Translations under genes and position numbers: made by a program | Source of the DNA: an uncultured bacterium | Lineage (GTDB): Bacteria > Actinomycetota > Actinomycetes > JAVEEB01 | Reading direction: 5' to 3' | Assembly (NCBI GenBank): GCA_964236265.1 | Contig: CAXSDE010000006.1 | Span: 17,895 to 81,894, forward strand | Length of the DNA: 64,000 nucleotides | Shown: positions 58,381 to 64,000 of the stretch, piece by piece | Numbering within the stretch: the first letter of the stretch is position 1 | Layout of the letters: each line of letters starts with the position of its first letter | Notes under the pieces: generated by a model | Database searches by the model: none | What the model was told of the DNA's origin: nothing | The model's input: the letters and a program-made list of their open reading frames with translations, nothing else

Positions 58381-58425
58381 CTCGTTGCGCTCGTTGCGCT
58401 CGTTGCGCTCGTTGCGCTCGTGGCC
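58381..58425. repeat. 9-bp tandem repeat x5 (CTCGTTGCG; last unit CTCGTGGCC) in a convergent intergenic gap
   Basis: Read directly. Units start at 58381, 58390, 58399, 58408 and 58417. Confidence 0.88.
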
Positions 58426-58494
58426 GGTGGCGTCAGCTGAGCCCCACCGAGGTGCGGCTGCCCCTTATGGGTCGCCGGCGGTGTCAGCGTTCGG

Positions 58495-59172
58495 CTACGA
58501 CGCCGAGGGCGTCGTCACCGAGAAGAAGATTTCGTGGGCTGTGGTGCCGTCCGGGAGTTGCCAGCCGGCAGCGACGTGGCCGACGGTCGTCGTCGTCGTC
58601 GTGGCCCCGCCACTGACGGCCTCCTCGCCGAGGCGACGAACAAGCCGCACGGTGAGCCCTTCCGAGCTTGTCGAGGAGATGGCGATGTCCGTGACGTCGG
58701 GTCCGTCAGTGGCGCTCGACGACTCGACCGGGACGAGTCCCGACGGGTCCCACACAATCGCCACCGTCGGGTCCGGGGTGTTGCTCTCGTTCTGGTGCTG
58801 ACCCATGGCGTCGCCCTGCAGCAGGGCGAGCACTTGCTCGATGAAGACCGGGTCCCCGGCGGCGTCGTAGACGAAGCGCCGGCCGAGCACCCCATGCTCG
58901 GACGTCCCGATGAGAAACGTGGCTGCGCCGTCGAGGGGTGCATCGCGGTAGGTCATCGGGACCAGGTAACTGATGCTCCGCTCGGCCCAGGTATCCGTGA
59001 CCACCATCACTTCGATGCCCACGTCGCCGGCGGGATCGTCGAGCCGGAAGCCACCCGCCTTTGCCAACGCGGGACCAGAAGGCCCGCCGCGAAACCAGGG
59101 CCGCGTCGGCAGCCATTCCGCGAGCAGCTCGAGCTTTCCCGGGGTCATCGTCGTGCGGTGGATCTCGGCCAT
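58495..59172 (-). CDS. maltokinase N-terminal-cap-like domain protein (conserved actinobacterial)
   Basis: MAEIHRTTMTPGKLELLAEWLPTRPWF and GGFRLDDPAGDVGIEVMVV match the stand-alone Mak-cap-like family. Confidence 0.65.
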   Translation of the reverse strand: MAEIHRTTMTPGKLELLAEWLPTRPWFRGGPSGPALAKAGGFRLDDPAGDVGIEVMVVTDTWAERSISYLVPMTYRDAPLDGAATFLIGTSEHGVLGRRFVYDAAGDPVFIEQVLALLQGDAMGQHQNESNTPDPTVAIVWDPSGLVPVESSSATDGPDVTDIAISSTSSEGLTVRLVRRLGEEAVSGGATTTTTTVGHVAAGWQLPDGTTAHEIFFSVTTPSAS

Positions 59173-59340
59173 CGGGTGCGTCGCTCCAGGGTGTGGACGG
59201 TGCCGGACACCATGCAGGCTAGCTCCGCGGACCGATCGCTTTTCCCTCGGCGTGGATGGGCGCGTATCTCGTACGGGCCGGCATCCGGACAGTAGCGTGC
59301 GTACAGCCCGCCGAGCCCCCGCGAGAAGGCAGTCCCGTCA

Positions 59341-60411
59341 GTGAGTTTCCGTCGCACGGTCATCGTTGCCCTGGCGCTCGTTCCGCTCGCAGGTTGCACC
59401 GGGCACGCCGCCACGCCGGTCGCCAGCAGCTCCGCCGCCCCCTCCTCCGATTCGTCGTCGGCGGCGCCGTTCCCGTCGATGAGCTTCGCCCCATCGACGC
59501 CGGCGGTCAGCCCCACCCCGTCGCCGAGCGCTGCGTCCGTTGTGCATTCGCTGTCCGGGATGCCGAGTGGGGTAGGCAAGCCGGTGATCGCCGTCAAGAT
59601 CGACGACACGCCGCCGGCGCGGCCGCAGACCAACGTCAACAGCGCCGACATCGTTTACGTCGAGCTCGTCGAGGGCGACGCCACCCGGCTCATGGCCGTG
59701 TTCCAGTCGCAGTTGCCGGAGACGGTCGGCCCGGTCCGCAGCGGCCGCGAGAGCGACCTGGAGATCCTCGCCGCGTACGGCAGGGTCACCCTCGCCTACT
59801 CCGGGGCCAACCACGGCGTCGAGCGCATGATCCGCGCCGCCCCCCTGCACTCGTACGAGGAAGGCGCGCCCGGCTTCTTCCGCAGCAACAACCGCCACGC
59901 GCCGTACAACCTGTATCTCAACCCTCAGCGCCTGCTGGCCGCGCACCCGGACCTGCCGACGGCGCGGGACATCGGGTTCCTCTTCGGTGCTCCGCTGGCG
60001 GACGCCAGGCCGGCGACGAGCGTCACCGTCGACATGTCGCCCTACACCAGATACGCCTTCGGGTACGACGCTGCTGCACGCCGCTGGCTCGCCAGCGTCA
60101 ACGGCCGGCCGACCGTGCAGGTCGACGGACAGCGGCTGTGGGCGGGCAACGTGCTCGTCCAGCAGGTGTCGGTCGAGGCAAGCCGGTTCCATGACGTCCT
60201 GGGGTTGGCGACTCCCCGCTCGCACACGGTCGGCTCCGGCGGGTTCACCTTGCTGCGGCCGGACGGGACACAATTCCACGGCACGTGGCGGCGCGCGGCC
60301 GCGAACGCACGCACGACCTACACGGATGCGTCGGGTGTGCCGGTCACGTTCGCTCCCGGCCGCACCTGGGTGCTGCTGGCCCCGAAGGGCAACAGCGTCT
60401 CCGTGAAGTAG
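59341..60411 (+). CDS. DUF3048 domain-containing lipoprotein
   Basis: The lipobox is LALVPLAGC, followed by a Ser/Pro linker. VIAVKIDDTPPARPQTNVNSADIVYVELVEGDATRLMAVF and VRSGRESD match DUF3048. Confidence 0.78.
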   Translation: MSFRRTVIVALALVPLAGCTGHAATPVASSSAAPSSDSSSAAPFPSMSFAPSTPAVSPTPSPSAASVVHSLSGMPSGVGKPVIAVKIDDTPPARPQTNVNSADIVYVELVEGDATRLMAVFQSQLPETVGPVRSGRESDLEILAAYGRVTLAYSGANHGVERMIRAAPLHSYEEGAPGFFRSNNRHAPYNLYLNPQRLLAAHPDLPTARDIGFLFGAPLADARPATSVTVDMSPYTRYAFGYDAAARRWLASVNGRPTVQVDGQRLWAGNVLVQQVSVEASRFHDVLGLATPRSHTVGSGGFTLLRPDGTQFHGTWRRAAANARTTYTDASGVPVTFAPGRTWVLLAPKGNSVSVK

Positions 60412-60438
60412 GTGCGGCGGCGTGTCAGAATTCGTTGC

Positions 60439-60954
60439 ATGCGCTATGAACTCGCCCAGGTCAACGTCGCCCGCCTCCTGGCCCCCCTCGATACGCCGGC
60501 CCTCGAGGGATTCGTCGATCTTCTCGACCCTGTCAACGCCGCTGCCGACGCGGCGCCGGGTTTCGTCTGGCGCCTGCAGGGCGCGGACGGCAATGCCACG
60601 GGCGTGCGTGCGTTCCAGTGGGACGTCGCCGGCGCCGCGGGCATCATCGTCAACATGTCGGTGTGGACGGGCGTCGACGCCCTCGCCGCTTATGTGTTCG
60701 GCGACATGCACCGCGAGGTCCTGCGACGCCGCCGCGAGTGGTTCACGAAGATGGCGGAGCCGTTCACCTGTTGCTGGTGGGTGCCCGCAGGGCGCCGGCC
60801 GACGACGGCCGAGGCGGAAGACCGGATCCGGCACTTGCGTGCCCACGGCGTGTCACCCAGCGCTTTCACGTTGCGGCAGAGCTTCCCCCCGCCGGACGCT
60901 CGTTCCGCCGCACAGACGGTCAACGGCCGGGACGACTGGCTCTGCCCCGTCTGA
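60439..60954 (+). CDS. DUF3291 domain-containing protein
   Basis: Taken from ATG 60439. LAQVNVARLLAPLD, GFVWRLQGADGNAT, IVNMSVW and EVLRRRREWF...WWVPAGRRPT match DUF3291. Confidence 0.78.
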   Translation: MRYELAQVNVARLLAPLDTPALEGFVDLLDPVNAAADAAPGFVWRLQGADGNATGVRAFQWDVAGAAGIIVNMSVWTGVDALAAYVFGDMHREVLRRRREWFTKMAEPFTCCWWVPAGRRPTTAEAEDRIRHLRAHGVSPSAFTLRQSFPPPDARSAAQTVNGRDDWLCPV

Positions 60955-61254
60955 TCCGGGCAGGCAGCTGGCGCTGGTGGCTGACCGTCATGTTGGCCGT
61001 GGTTGAGCGCGGACTGCCGGCTGACGGAGCGGTTGAAGCCACCGTGGAACGGCATGATCGAGTAGTTGTTCGGGATGAAGCCGATCGCCTTCAGCGCATA
61101 TTTGTTGATGACCTGCTGATGCGCCGCCGCCGTGGACCCCGCGTGCGCACAAACGTCTTCCAGTTTCGTGCCGCCGTAGCCGCCGATCGAACGGACACGT
61201 CGGCGCCTGCGCCGCGCACGCCGTTGATGACAGTGGCCGCAGCCGCAGCCGTAG

Positions 61255-61304
61255 CCGTGTCCGATGCGCTCAGCCGCAGCCGTGTCCGATGCGCTCAGCC
61301 GCAG
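61255..61304. repeat. 25-bp perfect tandem duplication (CCGTGTCCGATGCGCTCAGCCGCAG x2) spanning the stop codon of the 61295..61771 gene
   Basis: Read directly. Units occupy 61255-61279 and 61280-61304. Confidence 0.9.
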
Positions 61305-61771
61305 CCGACGACCGTGGCGTAGAAGCCAGGAGTCCGCGCCGGGTACACATCGAGGTAGGCCCGTCCACGTCCGTCGGGAGCCGGGTCTTCGTGGGCGACC
61401 CCCTTCGGGTAGTCGTGGCTGAACGTGCAGCCGTACATGTGGTGACCCGGCCGGCCGTAGTCGGTGCACTTGGTGAAGTGCAGGTTGACGGCCTCCGCGG
61501 TCATCGACTGCAGCTGCGCGCGCGAGTTGGCGTTGGTGACATGGCGCAGCGCGGCCATGTCAGAACAGTTCCACGCCGCAGCCAGATAGCGCATGGCGGC
61601 CTCCGGGGTCCGGAAGTGCACGGGTCCGGCGTCCACGACGCACGTCCGGTGGTGCCACGCGGGTGGCCGGTCACTTCCGGAGGTTGCGAAGGCCGGCGCG
61701 CCGGACAGTGCGGTCAGTGCGGCCATGACGGCAACGGTTGCCGTGCGACCTGCGGTGCGGCGGATTCCCAT
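61295..61771 (-). CDS. secreted protein, unknown function
   Basis: Taken from ATG 61771, with GAGGAG upstream. The signal peptide is MGIRRTAGRTATVAVMAALTALSGAPAFA. The mature part is ~130 aa with 5 Cys. Confidence 0.6.
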   Translation of the reverse strand: MGIRRTAGRTATVAVMAALTALSGAPAFATSGSDRPPAWHHRTCVVDAGPVHFRTPEAAMRYLAAAWNCSDMAALRHVTNANSRAQLQSMTAEAVNLHFTKCTDYGRPGHHMYGCTFSHDYPKGVAHEDPAPDGRGRAYLDVYPARTPGFYATVVGCG

Positions 61772-62039
61772 GAGTGCTCCTCGTCTCACCTGACAAGAGG
61801 AGCGAGCACCAGCAAAAGATGCACTCTCCGGACACGGTTCGATAACGACTTCAGGGCGGCGGGAAAGCGCGTCGCCTGTCCCCGGCGGGCGGGCCCTCGC
61901 GCACCGACGGACATACCGCTGAATGGCCTCGGTCGGGTCGGAAGGGCGCCCCCGCGTCGGCGGGGACCCGAAGTCCGCGCAGCCGACGCGCTGGCACCCC
62001 GGAGTGCACCTGCCGTTGAGGATGCGCAGTTGCCGACGG

Positions 62040-62522
62040 TCAGGAGCTGATGCGCTGGCGGCGCACGTCCATGACGTGATGGACGACCTCGTGCGCATTG
62101 CGCACCGCGCACGACAGGGCATCCATCGTGCCGAACTCCGAGTGGGTCGCCGTGACGTATCGCGGGGCCGCAACAGCAGCGGCGTGCCACTCATGCGCTG
62201 CGTCCGCCAGGACGCGCAGTCCGACGACGGCGGACTTGGCCTCATACGATCGCGCCTGCGCCATCTCGTCGGCGTCCCACGCGGCGATTCCCCGGCGCGG
62301 GTCCAACGTGAGCAAGAGGAAACGCTCCGCGCCGAGGCGCAGGACGTCGACCACGTGCCACAGATACGCAGTGGCGCTCCAGACTCCGGCGGGAGGCCCC
62401 GGAAACGACGCGCCGTCGAAGGCCTTCGCGAACCACCGGGGGGCCGCCTCGACGATCGACACCGCATCATCGAACGGCATGTCCCACGCGAATCCACACT
62501 CCGCACACACGTCGCCCGTCAC
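62040..62522 (-). CDS. DinB-family (four-helix-bundle metal-binding) protein
   Basis: 160 aa. The N-terminus has CAECG. Conserved His residues in helices (WHVVDVLRLG, RNAHEVVHHVMD) fit DinB_2-like proteins. Confidence 0.6.
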   Translation of the reverse strand: MTGDVCAECGFAWDMPFDDAVSIVEAAPRWFAKAFDGASFPGPPAGVWSATAYLWHVVDVLRLGAERFLLLTLDPRRGIAAWDADEMAQARSYEAKSAVVGLRVLADAAHEWHAAAVAAPRYVTATHSEFGTMDALSCAVRNAHEVVHHVMDVRRQRISS

Positions 62523-62658
62523 GGCCGCAGCCTAGTGGCAGCGTCCCGGAAAAACGCGGAGGCGGCGAGATCTTGCGCGCTAACCGGCGCAGGGTGTTGC
62601 CCGCAGAGATCGCCGTGGACATCGACCTCACCGTCGAACGCAACGACGAGGGGATCTC

Positions 62659-63543
<885 letters not shown>

Positions 63544-63655
63544 AGCTGCCCGGAGCCAGCTCCCGCCATCCGTTCGCCACCCCCCGGCGGCGGGTCGGCG
63601 GGAGCGCCTGGCGGGTCGGGGACGCGGCGCGTGCGAGAATGACTCAACGTCGGCC

Positions 63656-63684
63656 TTGACAGGCGGGCGATGGTCCGGGAAAAT
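63656..63684 (+). promoter_or_regulatory. candidate sigma-A-type promoter of the ilvB leader
   Basis: TTGACA (63656-63661), a 17-nt spacer, then GAAAAT (63679-63684; fits TANNNT at positions 2 and 6). The predicted start site falls about at the leader GTG 63692, which implies a leaderless transcript. Confidence 0.45.
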
Positions 63685-63691
63685 CAGCCTC

Positions 63692-63733
63692 GTGCGTCAC
63701 ACCCTCCTCGTAGTTATCGAGCGCGCTGGCTGA
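63692..63733 (+). CDS. ilvB leader peptide (13 codons rich in branched-chain amino acids)
   Basis: GTG CGT CAC ACC CTC CTC GTA GTT ATC GAG CGC GCT GGC TGA translates to M/V-RHTLLVVIERAG. Five consecutive Leu/Val/Ile codons lie 125 nt upstream of ilvB. Confidence 0.6.
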   Translation: MRHTLLVVIERAG

Positions 63734-63781
63734 GTCACCTCTCACCGCCAGCGCGCAGCCCCTCGTCGCCTTCATTGGCCG

Positions 63782-63826
63782 TGGGGCATTTTTTATGCCC
63801 CAAGGGCACAGCCGTTGCCCTGACCC
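63782..63826 (+). promoter_or_regulatory. two adjacent hairpins between the leader peptide and ilvB (candidate attenuator structures)
   Basis: Hairpin 1 is TGGGGCAT (63782-63789), a TTTTT loop, then ATGCCCCA (63795-63802). Hairpin 2 is AGGGCA (63803-63808), a 7-nt loop, then TGCCCT (63816-63821). Neither has a canonical U-tail. Confidence 0.45.
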
Positions 63827-63857
63827 GAATGCCAGCGCCACAGGACAGGAAGTCGAA

Positions 63858-64000
63858 ATGACCGAACAAGTCACCGGATCGCAGTCACTGGTCATGTCCC
63901 TGCAGGCATGCGGCGCCGAGGTCGTATTCGGGCTTCCGGGCGGAACGATCCTTCCGACGTACGACCCGCTCTTCGACAGCGACCTGCGTCACATCCTGGT
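63858..64000 (+). CDS. ilvB: acetolactate synthase large subunit, N-terminal fragment (continues beyond the window)
   Basis: My translation from ATG 63858 (AGGAAG upstream) reads MTEQVTGSQSLVMSLQACGAEVVFGLPGGTILPTYDPLFDSDLRHILV. This matches the AHAS/TPP-enzyme N-terminus (GxPGGxxLPxYD). Confidence 0.85.
   Translation, partial: MTEQVTGSQSLVMSLQACGAEVVFGLPGGTILPTYDPLFDSDLRHIL

Noticed and set aside
59338-60846. 502-aa minus-strand ORF
   Set aside because: It is antisense to the DUF3048 and DUF3291 genes and is extremely Arg/Gly-rich.
61950-61965. CCCCGC-GTCG-GCGGGG hairpin as a terminator for the DinB-like gene
   Set aside because: The stem is only 6 bp, it lies 75 nt from the stop, and there is no U-tract on the relevant strand.

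Overview
High-GC actinobacterial chromosomal segment. Most long ORFs in the track are antisense artefacts of GC-rich coding DNA; I kept only frames with recognisable family motifs, sensible starts or translational coupling. The backbone is housekeeping. It starts with a GlgE-pathway alpha-glucan cluster (mak-treS-glgE on the minus strand, divergent glgP, nearby glgX) and an ECF sigma module. Next come iscS-mnmA, an SDR, an MFS exporter, an aldo/keto reductase and ligA. After these, in the order known from mycobacteria, come an ACT-domain protein, gatCAB and finally the ilvB leader and start of ilvB, with ilvD and assorted enzymes in between. Three accessory or decayed regions interrupt this backbone. 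(1) 29.5-36.4 kb, between the ACT protein and gatC, holds a PQQ-propeller lipoprotein and one IS630-family element. The element has TA-flanked ends at 31072 and 36000, and its interior is split by a 3.4-kb mosaic bracketed by 395-bp direct repeats. That layout is the signature of a single-crossover (Campbell-type) insertion. The cargo is mostly pseudogenes plus two intact exported-protein genes. (2) 42.3-49.6 kb is a six-gene same-strand island: DUF2786, PRiA4_ORF3-like, Type III mod, Type III res, VapC PIN toxin and a RadC-like JAB peptidase. The only antitoxin-like sequence for the PIN toxin is an in-frame C-terminal extension of Res. This is my best candidate for an undescribed system: a restriction enzyme physically coupled to a toxin, plus a peptidase. 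(3) 54.2-58.3 kb carries two tandem GAF-ANTAR regulators, STAS proteins and a P-loop kinase, behind an unusual 540-nt leader. Other points: a DUF222/HNH (REP13E12-like) gene is flanked by minisatellites; at least seven short tandem-repeat loci occur, two of them in frame within genes; and there is a probable leaderless Leu/Val/Ile leader peptide with hairpins upstream of ilvB. I found no rRNA, tRNA or CRISPR array.
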